From the NCBI GenBank assembly GCA_963835065.1, contig CAWIEK010000037.1, forward strand, positions 128,001 to 192,000: DNA of 64,000 nt, given 5' to 3'. Under the pieces are notes generated by a model. That model saw only the letters and a list, made by a program, of their open reading frames with translations, was not told the DNA's origin and did not search any database. A program made the position numbers and the translations under genes. Origin of the DNA: an uncultured Chthonomonadaceae bacterium. GTDB lineage: Bacteria > Armatimonadota > Chthonomonadetes > Chthonomonadales > Chthonomonadaceae. Below are positions 29,681 to 39,324 of the stretch, in pieces (the stretch's first letter is position 1; each line of letters begins with the position of its first letter).

Positions 29681-31009
29681 TATATTGCCGATAGCGGTTG
29701 CTTCCACCGGGCCGGCAATTACGGTTCGGCGCGTGGCATCGGCGGTGAGTTGGCACAGCAGTTTGTTTTGGGTTCCGCCGCCCACGACGTGAATGGTGTC
29801 AATGCCGCGCCCGCGTACCTGCTCCAATCCCTCCACTACAAACCGGTATTTCAGCGCGAGGCTTTCCAGGCAGCAGCGGATGATTGCGCCCTCGTCCTGT
29901 GGAACCGCCTGCCCCGCGCGTTGGCAGAAGGCGCGGATTTCCGCCGCCATGTCGTCGGGCGCGAGGAACGCGGGATCGTCCGGGTCAATCAATGGCCCGA
30001 ATGGAGGAGCCTGTTCCGCCAGTGTGGTCAAGGTAGCATAGCTGTGATCGTGTCCGTATCGGGCAAACGAGCGGCGGCACTCCTGCACGAGCCACAATCC
30101 CATCACGTTTTTCAGGACGCGAACCGTGTTACGCGCGCCGCCTTCATTGGTAAAGTTGAATTTCGCGGTTTGTTCGGAGATAAGCGGGACAGGCGCTTCG
30201 ATGCCGACAAGCGACCATGTGCCGCTGCTGATGTAAGCGTAATCGGGAGTGGACGCGGGCACGGCGACAACCGCGCTGCCCGTATCGTGGGTGGCGGGCG
30301 CGATCACTTGCAGGTTGGTGGCTCCTGTTTCTGCCGCAATATCCCGGCGAAGTGTGCCAAGCCGCGTTCCCGCGGGTACGATGTCGGTGAAAATAGCGCG
30401 GGGCAGTTGAAACGCTCCAATCAAATCCTCCGCCCATGCGTGGTTATGCGGGTCGGCGAGTTGCGTCGAGGTGGCGTTGCTCCATTCCGTCACTTTTACG
30501 CCCGTCAGCCAGAAGTTGAGCAGGTCGGGCATGAGCAGCAAGGTGCGGGCGTTTGCCAGCAGGGGCGAACCCGCTTTTTGCAGCGACAGCAGTTGATATA
30601 GCGTATTGAACTGCAAAAACTGTATTCCCGTGCGCTTGTAAATCGCTTCACGCGGCACGGTTTGAAACGCGGCTTCCATCATGCCGTCATTGGCGTGGTC
30701 GCGGTAATGGCGTGGGTTCCCCAACAGCACATCGTCTTTGCCGAGCAGTCCGAAATCCACTGCCCACGTATCAATGCCCATCCCCCTAAAATCGGTTCCA
30801 CAGGACTGCGCGGCCAATCGTAATCCTGTCTTGATTTCCGTAAACAGCCGCAGCGCGTCCCAATACAGCGTATCGAGTACGCGCGTCCCGCCCGTCGCAA
30901 AACGGTGCGCGTCCTGCAAGCGCAGTTTGTCGTCCTCAAAAAAGCCCGTTACCGCCCGCCCGCTTTCCGCGCCCAGATCAAACGCCAGAAACTTGGCTTC
31001 CATTGCCAC
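29528..31009 (-). CDS. rhaB: Rhamnulokinase, copy 2
   Basis: Identical to copy 1 except I/M near the C-terminus. Confidence 0.92.
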   Translation of the reverse strand: MAMEAKFLAFDLGAESGRAVTGFFEDDKLRLQDAHRFATGGTRVLDTLYWDALRLFTEIKTGLRLAAQSCGTDFRGMGIDTWAVDFGLLGKDDVLLGNPRHYRDHANDGMMEAAFQTVPREAIYKRTGIQFLQFNTLYQLLSLQKAGSPLLANARTLLLMPDLLNFWLTGVKVTEWSNATSTQLADPHNHAWAEDLIGAFQLPRAIFTDIVPAGTRLGTLRRDIAAETGATNLQVIAPATHDTGSAVVAVPASTPDYAYISSGTWSLVGIEAPVPLISEQTAKFNFTNEGGARNTVRVLKNVMGLWLVQECRRSFARYGHDHSYATLTTLAEQAPPFGPLIDPDDPAFLAPDDMAAEIRAFCQRAGQAVPQDEGAIIRCCLESLALKYRFVVEGLEQVRGRGIDTIHVVGGGTQNKLLCQLTADATRRTVIAGPVEATAIGNILMQAIGVGLLNGLEQARQIVRNSFTLETYTPAANAERWEEAYQRLLHMLK

Positions 31010-31319
31010 GATGATGCCTCCCCAAAAAGGATGAAGGATGAAGGATGAAGGATGAAGAATGAAGACAATGCCTGTCTCTGTCTTAATCAATAAACATGGT
31101 TATGACAGAAGAAGCCATTGTCCTGAGTGCAATTCTTCATCCTTCATCCTTCATCCTTCATCCTTTTCGGGGCGGGAAAATCCTGCTTGTTTCTTATCGT
31201 GCAATTTTACGCCGATGAGGGCTGTCAACAGGAATGGACACCTTGCCGCTAGTACGCGGCAGAGCCAATAATAAATCATCCGAGAGGATGAATGGGAAGA
31301 AGCAGGAGAAAGAGGCAAC

Positions 31320-32465
31320 ATGACAGCGCAACCTTTGAACATACAAATCTACTTACGCGGCGGCGGCACATTGGAAGCATTGGCGCGCGATCTGGCAATC
31401 CGCCATGCCCGGCATCCGGCTTACGCCAATCTGGTACTGCTGAAATACGATCAGATTAACAGCCCGATGGACAACCCTGTTGTGCGGGAGTGCCGGGGGC
31501 TGATTCTGGATGAAGCGGACGATTGGCGCATTGTTGCCCGCGCTTACGAGAAATTCTTCAACTACGGCGAACCGAACGCGCCCGTTATAGATTGGACAAC
31601 CGCCCGCATACAGGAGAAAGTAGACGGAACCCTGTGCATTTTCTACCATTACGACAGCAAGTGGCATGTTGCGACAACGGGAACGCCGGACGCCGGGGGC
31701 AGGGTGCATAACGGCGAGCGCATATTCCGTGACCTGATCTGGGAAACGGCAAGGCAGTACGAAATGCAGTTGCTTTCGCCCCAACATTGCTATCTGTTTG
31801 AACTCACAAGCCCCTACAATCGCGTGGTCGTGCCGCATGAGCAGCCGGGCTTGACCCTGCTGGGCATACGGCAAACGGATAATGGCGCATGGGTCCCGCT
31901 GGAGCAGGCCCATTCGTATATCAGCGGTTCCGTGCCTGTCGTGCAGGAGTTCGCGTTCAACTCGCTTGCCGCCGTGCTGTCTTCGTTGGAAAACATCAAC
32001 CCTCTGGAGCAGGAGGGGTACGTGGTTGTGGATGGCGCGGGCAATCGCGTCAAGGTGAAGCATCCGCGTTATGTCGCGCTGCATCTGCTCAAGGAATCGT
32101 TCAATTTGCGGGCGTATGTGGAGGTATTGCGGGCAGGCGAAACTCCCGAACTGCTCACGTACTTTCCCGAAATCGGGGCAGAGTATGCGCCGGTTCGCGC
32201 CGCTTACGAAACCCTCGCGATGGAAATTGACGCCGATTACAGCCGTCTGCGCTCGCTTGACACGCAGAAAGAGTTCGCACAGGCCGCGCTCAAAACACGC
32301 TGCTCCGCCGCGCTGTTCGCAATCCGGGCCGGCGATTGCCGCGATGCCCGCGACTACCTGAGCCGACGCGCCACCGTTGCTTCCGTAATGCGACTGCTTG
32401 GGTTAAAGGAGGAACCACAGGCGGCAAACAAAAACGCCATAGAAGGGGAATTCAGTTCGTCTTAA
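31320..32465 (+). CDS. T4 Rnl1/RnlA-family ATP-dependent RNA ligase, intact copy
   Basis: ECRGLI, KFFNYGE, motif I EKVDGT, FELTSPYNRVV, motif IV EGYVV, motif V RVKVK. Confidence 0.85.
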   Translation: MTAQPLNIQIYLRGGGTLEALARDLAIRHARHPAYANLVLLKYDQINSPMDNPVVRECRGLILDEADDWRIVARAYEKFFNYGEPNAPVIDWTTARIQEKVDGTLCIFYHYDSKWHVATTGTPDAGGRVHNGERIFRDLIWETARQYEMQLLSPQHCYLFELTSPYNRVVVPHEQPGLTLLGIRQTDNGAWVPLEQAHSYISGSVPVVQEFAFNSLAAVLSSLENINPLEQEGYVVVDGAGNRVKVKHPRYVALHLLKESFNLRAYVEVLRAGETPELLTYFPEIGAEYAPVRAAYETLAMEIDADYSRLRSLDTQKEFAQAALKTRCSAALFAIRAGDCRDARDYLSRRATVASVMRLLGLKEEPQAANKNAIEGEFSSS

Positions 32466-32496
32466 AAACTCACTGCTACCTGACGCAAAATCAAAC

Positions 32497-32562
32497 AGCT
32501 CTGCTTATACGAGCGGTACTGTTAGAGCTAAGACTATGAGTACCGCTCGTATAAGCAGAGCT
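32497..32562. terminator. Perfect 24-bp inverted repeat between convergent genes
   Basis: agctctgcttatacgagcggtact-N18-agtaccgctcgtataagcagagct. Confidence 0.65.
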
Positions 32563-32918
32563 TAAGCAGACAATCGATGAGTCTGAACGAGTACGTCTCG
32601 TACTCGTTCAACCAAGTGCTGCCAGTCAGACTTCCGATCAGTACGCAGATCGTGTTCTACTATAAGGCTGATGTGCAGCACTGATCGTAGAATACTTTCA
32701 ACCTCACTGAAGTTCTCAAGAACCAATTCACATTCTTGCATGGCGAAGCATGAGTAGCATGTGCAGTTGCGCCGCTCATTTTCAGTTACAAGGGGTTGAC
32801 CGCAGAAGCAGGTGAGATCCTCATCCCCTTCCCATTCAGGAACAGTGTTTTGATTCTGGAAATCGAAAGAAATGGTTTGAACCACTTCTGTTTGTGGTAA
32901 ACTCTCAACAGGGAGCAT
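32562..32918 (-). CDS. Hypothetical Cys-rich (putative Zn-finger) protein
   Basis: CFC...CTCYSC cluster, GGAG SD, low GC. Confidence 0.65.
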   Translation of the reverse strand: MLPVESLPQTEVVQTISFDFQNQNTVPEWEGDEDLTCFCGQPLVTENERRNCTCYSCFAMQECELVLENFSEVESILRSVLHISLIVEHDLRTDRKSDWQHLVERVRDVLVQTHRLSA

Positions 32919-32939
32919 GAGAAGTGTCTCCGTTCTTAA

Positions 32940-32972
32940 TGAGGAAAGAGGACTCGACCTCCTCTTTCCTCA
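32940..32972. terminator. 13-bp hairpin downstream of the DGQHR gene
   Basis: tgaggaaagagga-N7-tcctctttcctca. Confidence 0.55.
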
Positions 32973-32975
32973 AAG

Positions 32976-34229
32976 TTAAAATAGACGTGGCACGGGTTCG
33001 TCATTCTCAGGTAGATTGCCCTCCTTCTTATCTAATGATTTTTCAGCGTCGGTCAGTTCCAATCCGATTGCAACCTTCACATTACGTACAGCCTGCTTGA
33101 CAGGAAAGTTAGTAGTGTTGATTTTCAAGGTTTCACGGTTGACAATATTGTCTAACCACAGGTCGGATCTTCTGGTGAAATCCAACTCCCCTAGTTTCTG
33201 AATTAGTTCCTCTCGTTCGCTCCCTTCCTTAGTGTTAATGTAGTAGCCAGTTCTGCTAATCACCTGCAACCCTGTTGCCGTTAGATGAACGTTATCCTCA
33301 CGGAGTTTTGGTATGGAATTCTCCTCGGGGCCGGGCTTCGCATTGCTGTCAGCGATTAACTGCCACACGCTGTTGTATGTAGTAAACCGCTGGTAAAAAT
33401 CTATGATGTTGCGAACGTACTGATCGCCTGCTGGACCATCAAGACGTTCGGCAACGTACCGTGCTAAAGCATCACGGTTTTGTATGGAATTTCCTAACAA
33501 AATTTCAGCAGCACAATAGCGAATCTGGTTCAGAGTGAACAGCTTGATTGAGGTTTTGCCTATGCTCTGGGCCATTTCATCAATTCTGCCTCTGAAAAAG
33601 TCGACTTCCTTAGTGATGCGCTGTATCAACGGAAACAGCTTACTACGAGTGTCGAACGCAGCCAACATTGACTTGGGAATCTCTTTAGTCTGTGCGCAGT
33701 CGGCAAAATCCTGATGAACTTTAGTAATTTCTTCTTCCAAAACTAAAGTAATGCTGATGGCATCATCTTGCAATTCTGGCTTTGCTTCAATGGCTCGTTC
33801 GATTGCTTTGATGCGGTGTTGTCCATCGGTGACATAGAATTGGTAGCCACGAGGCACAATAACAATGACGTTCACCACAGGTGCTTGCGTTTTAGTGGTG
33901 AAACACTTCAAGGATTTGTCTACGTTGAGTGTAACTGGTGGAAGAATGTAGTGTTCTTCACTTATCAAGTATTCGCTGATACTTTTAACGTGGTCTGGAA
34001 TGAGAGGCCGGTTACGCCTTTCAGAGATACTCACAGTGGACTTGGAAGGAGACTCGATGCGTACCAACCGAATAACTTCGTGCATTGGCAGGCTAGTACT
34101 TATCATTCGTCGTCCTCCTTGTTGGTACAAGGCTCCGGGAATTGCAATGCCTCTCGTAGCCATTGCTTCATCGTTGGCTGCTTGTTGGGCGTCTGCAAAG
34201 GTGTTACAGTACTGAATGTTATCTTCCAT
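32976..34229 (-). CDS. DGQHR domain (DndB-like, ParB superfamily) protein
   Basis: QQGGR, NRPLIPDH, YILPPVTLN, VTDGQHR, QDFAD. GAGGAGG SD before the ATG at 34229. Confidence 0.88.
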   Translation of the reverse strand: MEDNIQYCNTFADAQQAANDEAMATRGIAIPGALYQQGGRRMISTSLPMHEVIRLVRIESPSKSTVSISERRNRPLIPDHVKSISEYLISEEHYILPPVTLNVDKSLKCFTTKTQAPVVNVIVIVPRGYQFYVTDGQHRIKAIERAIEAKPELQDDAISITLVLEEEITKVHQDFADCAQTKEIPKSMLAAFDTRSKLFPLIQRITKEVDFFRGRIDEMAQSIGKTSIKLFTLNQIRYCAAEILLGNSIQNRDALARYVAERLDGPAGDQYVRNIIDFYQRFTTYNSVWQLIADSNAKPGPEENSIPKLREDNVHLTATGLQVISRTGYYINTKEGSEREELIQKLGELDFTRRSDLWLDNIVNRETLKINTTNFPVKQAVRNVKVAIGLELTDAEKSLDKKEGNLPENDEPVPRLF

Positions 34230-34257
34230 GTTCGTGCCTCCTCGTTTGAATGAGAAC

Positions 34258-34287
34258 ATTATACATCTGAATGGAAGTAGCTGTCAA
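34258..34287 (-). promoter_or_regulatory. Consensus sigma70 promoter of the DGQHR gene
   Basis: TTGACA-N18-TATAAT on the minus strand. Confidence 0.8.
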
Positions 34288-34304
34288 GGATTTGAAACTA
34301 TAAA

Positions 34305-34355
34305 AACGGACATATTTGACCGTTTTTTTATAAAAAATGGTCGGATATGTCCGTT
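34305..34355. promoter_or_regulatory. 24-bp imperfect palindrome just upstream of the -35 box
   Basis: aacggacatatttgaccgtttttt-tat-aaaaaatggtcggatatgtccgtt. Confidence 0.6.
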
Positions 34356-34396
34356 ATATGCAAAATAAGGCTATTTGAGGTGTTTCACAGCCCTAC

Positions 34397-34678
34397 TCAG
34401 GCATCTACTCTGCTCATCAAAGAGTGAATTACTACATGCCTGTTGGCATAGCCAATTCGAGCGGAGAAGGCAACTGGTAGATAGAATTCTTCTCTAGCAC
34501 GGGCACAATCTTCCATCAACGATAACTGCTCAAACCCGTCAATGATGCCCAAATCGTCAGGATGTTCTTCAACCCAGTGTTTCAGGGCTGTAGTCGCTGT
34601 TGTTATTTCCGGCAGGGTTGTTGCTGTCAACACCTGAACTATCAACTGTTGGCGCTCTTTACTTTCCAGATAATTCAT
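34397..34678 (-). CDS. Small helical hypothetical protein coupled to the HExxH gene
   Basis: 4-nt overlap with the 34675-35259 ORF. Confidence 0.7.
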   Translation of the reverse strand: MNYLESKERQQLIVQVLTATTLPEITTATTALKHWVEEHPDDLGIIDGFEQLSLMEDCARAREEFYLPVAFSARIGYANRHVVIHSLMSRVDA

Positions 34679-35259
34679 CTTAGTTGTCCTTTCAACTTCT
34701 GATTGGAGGAAGACAAAACTGTCAGCGCCTGTTTACGGTGATCAGGTTCAAGCGCAAGCGCTTGTTTCAGTAAAGAAGCGTTTCTATCCCGAATCGGAGT
34801 ACGCAGTAGATCAAGATAAAACTCTTGCTCTTGTGTACCCAATACGGAGCGAATTTGTTCAAGAGCATCAATGTAAACGTTGAACAGATGCGTTTGATCG
34901 GTAGACTGGAAGAAATTCTCTTCAACGGTGACACCAAGCGTTTGTAAGACCGTAGGCCGCACAATACGCTGAAGTTTTTCAACAACCCCTTCTTCCCACC
35001 CCCTATTTGCTTCAAAGTCAAGCCGGTTATATCCGGCGGAAAGCGCATGAAGAACCTCGTGGATTAGCGTTCGCCAGCGCAGGTTCTGTTCCGCTAACAT
35101 CGCATTTATCAGGATGCTGCAAGTAAACGGCTTTTTGCCATGAAAGTTGGCGTTCGTTATCAATTCGACTGTGCCGTTCCAATTGGAAGCAAGTCCGGTG
35201 ATTTGTTCGAGAAGGATTGTAATCTGTTGCAGTTCAGCTGCGATAAGTTCGGTGTTCAT
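34675..35259 (-). CDS. HExxH zincin-like metallopeptidase-fold protein
   Basis: TLIHEVLHALS followed by WEEGVVE (candidate third ligand). Confidence 0.7.
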   Translation of the reverse strand: MNTELIAAELQQITILLEQITGLASNWNGTVELITNANFHGKKPFTCSILINAMLAEQNLRWRTLIHEVLHALSAGYNRLDFEANRGWEEGVVEKLQRIVRPTVLQTLGVTVEENFFQSTDQTHLFNVYIDALEQIRSVLGTQEQEFYLDLLRTPIRDRNASLLKQALALEPDHRKQALTVLSSSNQKLKGQLR

Positions 35260-35340
35260 AATTTGCTCGGTTGAATGTGGGTTGATTGTATTGTACCCGA
35301 TTTGTCGGCGTTGCTTTTGAATCTGCCTGCCGTTTACCCC

Positions 35341-35369
35341 TTGACGGAACGCCCCGAAAATTGTATACT
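35341..35369 (+). promoter_or_regulatory. Sigma70 promoter of mutS (likely leaderless transcript)
   Basis: TTGACG-N17-TATACT, 7 nt before the ATG at 35377. Confidence 0.7.
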
Positions 35370-35376
35370 CGTTTGC

Positions 35377-38189
35377 ATGTCAGACACCACTTCCAACAAT
35401 CAACCAATCTCAAATGACGCGGCTGCCGTGCCCGTCAACACTACGCCTGCGCCTGCGAATGTTGCCGCGCCGGGTGTTAATCCCGCGCCCGGAGTGACGC
35501 CGCCCAAGCGCCCGGCTCCCGAATCGGTTCCCAAAGATTATGAGGGCAGTACGCCGCTGATGAAGCAGTATTTCGCCACCTGTCAGGAGCATCCCGGCAT
35601 CATTTTGCTGATGCGCGTGGGTGACTTTTACGAAGCGTATGGCGAAGCGGCGGAAATCATTGCCCGCGACCTGAACATCACGCTGACCGGGCGCGAGGAT
35701 GGCGGCGTCCGCGTCCCGATGGCGGGCGTCCCGCACCACGCGACGGAGCGTTACGTCGCCCGCCTGATCCACAAGGGGCGGCGTATCGCCATCATGGATC
35801 AGGTGGAAGACCCCAAGTACGCCAAAGGGCTGGTCAAGCGCAAGGTGACGCGGGTTGTCACGCCGGGAACCGTGCTTGAAGACAACATGCTCGACGCTAA
35901 AAGCAACAACTACCTTGTGGCGGCGGTTGTCGGCGACCCGGTTGCGGGCGTGGGCATTGTGGACGTGTCTACGGGCGAGTTTTTGACAACCGAAATCAGC
36001 GGCGAACGGCGCGTAGAATCGCTTGCTGGACGAAATCATGCGTTTGGAACCGGCGGAAATTCTGGTTTCCCCGGACGCCGATCCCAAATCTTGTGGACGA
36101 AATCCGGGCGTCGTGTTCGGGAACGGTCACGGTTGTGGAAAGGCAGGAAGGCAAACGGCAAAAGGCGGAAGGCAATAGCCGCGAGATGCTGCTGTCCCAT
36201 TTCGGAACCCAATCCCTGCGCGGTTTCGGCTGCGAGGAGTACACAGCGGGACTGGACGCCTGCGCCCTTGTTCTCCGCTACCTGCGCGATACGCAGGTGA
36301 ACGCCCTGCCGCATATCCGCAGTCTCAGCACCTATTCCGCCCGCGAGTTTATGATGCTGGACGGCCCCGCCCGGCGGCATCTGGAACTGACGCAGGCGAT
36401 GGGCGAAGGCGGCAGGCAGCGCACTCTGCTTGCCAGTCTGGACGAAACCCTGACGCCGATGGGCGGGCGCTTGCTGCGCCGTTGGCTGGAAGAGCCGCTC
36501 CTGGACGTGACCCGCATCACGCGGCGTCTGGATGCTGTCGAGGAACTCAGTCGTGACGTGATCAGGCGGGGCGATGTGCGCGAACTGTTGCGCGGCATGG
36601 GCGACATCGAGCGCCTTGTCAGCCGCGCGGCTGCGGGCATGGCGAACGGGCGCGACTTGATTGCCCTGAAAAACGCCCTATTGCGCCTGCCCGATCTGGC
36701 CGACCTGCTGGAAGGCGTCCAATCCGAAAAACTCAGCGAACTGGCGCACCGCCTGTCCTGCCCGCCCGACGTGGCGCAGCGCATTGCCGAGGCGATAACC
36801 GATGATCCGCCCGCCGGATTGAGCGAAGGCGGCCTGATACGTCCGGGCTATAATGCGGTGTTGGACAAAATTCAGGAAGAAAGCGCGAACGCCAAAGCGT
36901 TTATCGCCAATCTGGAAACTTCCGAGCGACAGCGAACGGGCATTAACAGTCTTAAAGTGGGCTACAATGCCGTGTTCGGCTATTACATCGAGGTTACAAA
37001 AACCCATTTAAGCAAAGTGCCACTCAACTACACGCGCAAGCAGACCATTTCTACCGGAGAACGCTATATCACGGAAGAATTGGTAAATCAGGCAAAACTC
37101 GTATCTAAGGCAGAAGAACAAAGCGTAGAATTGGAATACGAGTTGTTTCTGGCCGTCCGGGAGCGGGTTGCGGAAGCGGCGACGGACGTGCTTGCCGTTG
37201 CCCGCGCCGTCGCCGAATTGGACGTGTTTACCGGTTTTGCCGAAACCGCCGTGCGCCATCATTATGTACGGCCTCTTGTGGATGATGAAGACCGGATTGA
37301 AATCGCGGGCGGGCGGCATCCCGTGATTGAGCGCATCGGCAGCGTCCTGGGCATCGGCGGCGAGTACATTCCCAACGACTGCAAACTGGACGATGATTGC
37401 CGCATGGTCATTATCACCGGCCCGAACATGAGCGGCAAATCCTCCTACCTGCGCCAAATCGCCCTGATCGTCCTGCTCGCGCAAATCGGCAGTTTCGTGC
37501 CTGCGGACGGCGCGACGATTGGCGTGGTAGACCGCATTTTTACCCGCGTCGGCGCCCATGACGAACTGGCAAGCGGGCAGTCTACGTTCATGGTGGAAAT
37601 GAACGAAACCGCCAGCATCCTCAACAACGCCACCAGCCGCAGCCTTGTCGTATTGGACGAAATCGGGCGCGGAACCAGCACGTATGACGGCCTTTCCATT
37701 GCGTGGGCGGTTGCCGAACACCTGACGCGCATCGGCTGCAAAACCCTGTTCGCCACGCATTACCACCACCTCAACGAACTGGCGAAGCACTTCCCAACCG
37801 TGCATAACTACCGCGTCGCCGTGAAGGAGCAGGGCGACAGCATCATCTGGCTGCGCAAACTGGTTCCCGGTGGCACGGACCGGAGTTACGGCATACAGGT
37901 GGCGCGAATGGCGGGCGTCCCGCAGGAAGTGGTCGAACGCGCCAAAGAAGTGCTGAAAGGTTTGGAGCGAGGCAGCGCGGGCGCAACCCGCGACATCATC
38001 GGGCAAACGGGCGAAAACGGAACCGGTATCGCGCCCCGCAAGCAGAAGGTGCAAATGACGCTCTTCGAGGCCGAAAAGCACCCCGTTTTGGAGGAACTGG
38101 AAACGCTGGACGTAACTTCCCTCACGCCCGTGGAAGCCCTGATGAAACTCGACGAACTCAAGCGCCGCCTCAAGCGCCAATCGCAATAA
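35377..38189 (+). CDS. mutS: DNA mismatch repair protein MutS, frameshifts near 36022 and 36088
   Basis: TPLMKQY, RVGDFYE, TGPNMSGKS, QSTFMVEM, DEIGRGT, FATHY, SYGIQVA. Confidence 0.95.
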
Positions 38190-38206
38190 GTAAGGAGAAA
38201 ACGGCC

Positions 38207-38509
38207 ATGACAATTATGCTGGAATTGACACCGGAGGTAGAGGCACAACTGACTCGACAAGCGCGTCAGGAAGGTCTCTTAGTTAAGGAGTATGTGCAGC
38301 GCGCGGTGGAACAACTGGTAAAACCAAAGGAGTTTGACATAAATGCTTTTCTTGCGCTCCCGCGTGACGAGCAGGATTACATTCTGGCAACTGCCGCCGA
38401 AGACGCCGCGCCCCTGTATGCCGCAGACCTCGCGTTGCCTGTAACCGAACGGGAACTAACCGCGTTTACGGCGCTGGATGGAGAACCTTTTCATGACGAC
38501 AACTTCTGA
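38207..38509 (+). CDS. Putative antitoxin (RHH-like N-terminus)
   Basis: MTIMLELTPEVEAQLTRQA, acidic tail, overlaps the toxin start. Confidence 0.7.
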   Translation: MTIMLELTPEVEAQLTRQARQEGLLVKEYVQRAVEQLVKPKEFDINAFLALPRDEQDYILATAAEDAAPLYAADLALPVTERELTAFTALDGEPFHDDNF

Positions 38510-38846
38510 TCCCGTTCGTGGCGAGATATGGCGCGTCAACTTGGAACCCACACAGGGCGATGAAATGGGTAAGACACGTCCTATTGTTGTTCTGAGCGGC
38601 AAAAGCATTGGGCGTCTTGCTTTACGGATTGTGGTTCCTTTGACGGATTGGAAAGATCGTTACGCCGCCTATGTCTGGATGACACGGCTGGAACCGGACG
38701 CCACCAATAATCTGACAAAAACATCAGCGGCAGATGCGTTTCAAGTGCGTTCCGTATCTGTATCCCGTTTTGTGGAGTACGTCGGCATTCTGCCGGATGA
38801 GCGATTGGACCGAGTCTGGAAGTCGCTGAGTATATGTACGCGCTGA
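38493..38846 (+). CDS. mazF: PemK/MazF family endoribonuclease toxin
   Basis: RGEIWRVNLEPTQGDEMGKTRPIVVLS, VVPLT, QVRSVS. Confidence 0.88.
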   Translation: MTTTSDPVRGEIWRVNLEPTQGDEMGKTRPIVVLSGKSIGRLALRIVVPLTDWKDRYAAYVWMTRLEPDATNNLTKTSAADAFQVRSVSVSRFVEYVGILPDERLDRVWKSLSICTR

Positions 38847-38934
38847 GTCACTAAAGCAGGGCAAAATCTTGATCGGGACTACTTTGAATTTATTTGCTGT
38901 ATACTCATACAACCACAATGGAGGAAACAGCGTA

Positions 38935-39324
38935 TTGGCAACATGGCAGGAATTGAGTTCGGATTGTCTTCGCTCTGCGAAAGTGCTGCTCGACAATGGC
39001 TTGCTGCGTCGAAGTATCAGCAGCGCGTACTATGCGGCCTACTGCGCTGTCACAAGCCATCTTGTCGCGCACGGGGTTGATTTCGCGCATGGCTGGAACA
39101 ATCCCGCGCATGAACAGTTGCCGAATCTGGTGCTGAACAACACGACTTTGCCGCGTAACACTCGTTATCAAATCAACAAAGCCATTCGCCGCCTGCGCAT
39201 GGCGCGTGAGGATGCGGATTACAGACCTGCGGTGATAATTGACCGCAGACGGGCGCTTGATTGTCTGCATGACGCGGGTGATGTGCTGCAACTATTGGGG
39301 GTAAACGTAAATGGAACTGAATAG
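38935..39324 (+). CDS. HEPN domain protein
   Basis: ISSAYYAAY, H, RMAREDADY. TTG start after GGAGG. Confidence 0.8.
   Translation: MATWQELSSDCLRSAKVLLDNGLLRRSISSAYYAAYCAVTSHLVAHGVDFAHGWNNPAHEQLPNLVLNNTTLPRNTRYQINKAIRRLRMAREDADYRPAVIIDRRRALDCLHDAGDVLQLLGVNVNGTE

Larger units (their letters stand above)
26696..32353. repeat. 2830-bp tandem direct duplication (26696-29523 and 29526-32353)
   Basis: Near-identical copies offset by exactly 2830 nt, about 9 substitutions seen, 2 extra nt (tg) at the junction. Confidence 0.95.

Noticed and set aside
32976..34229. Complete Dnd phosphorothioation system (together with the cysteine-desulfurase-like gene)
   Set aside because: No dndC/D/E or ssp genes. 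The PLP enzyme is 21 kb away and belongs to a different subfamily from DndA/IscS.
32466..35270. Prophage or integrative element
   Set aside because: No integrase, structural genes or flanking direct repeats were found.
36020..36095. Programmed frameshifting in mutS, recN and other split genes
   Set aside because: No shared slippery motif or stimulator, and the pattern fits sequencing indels.
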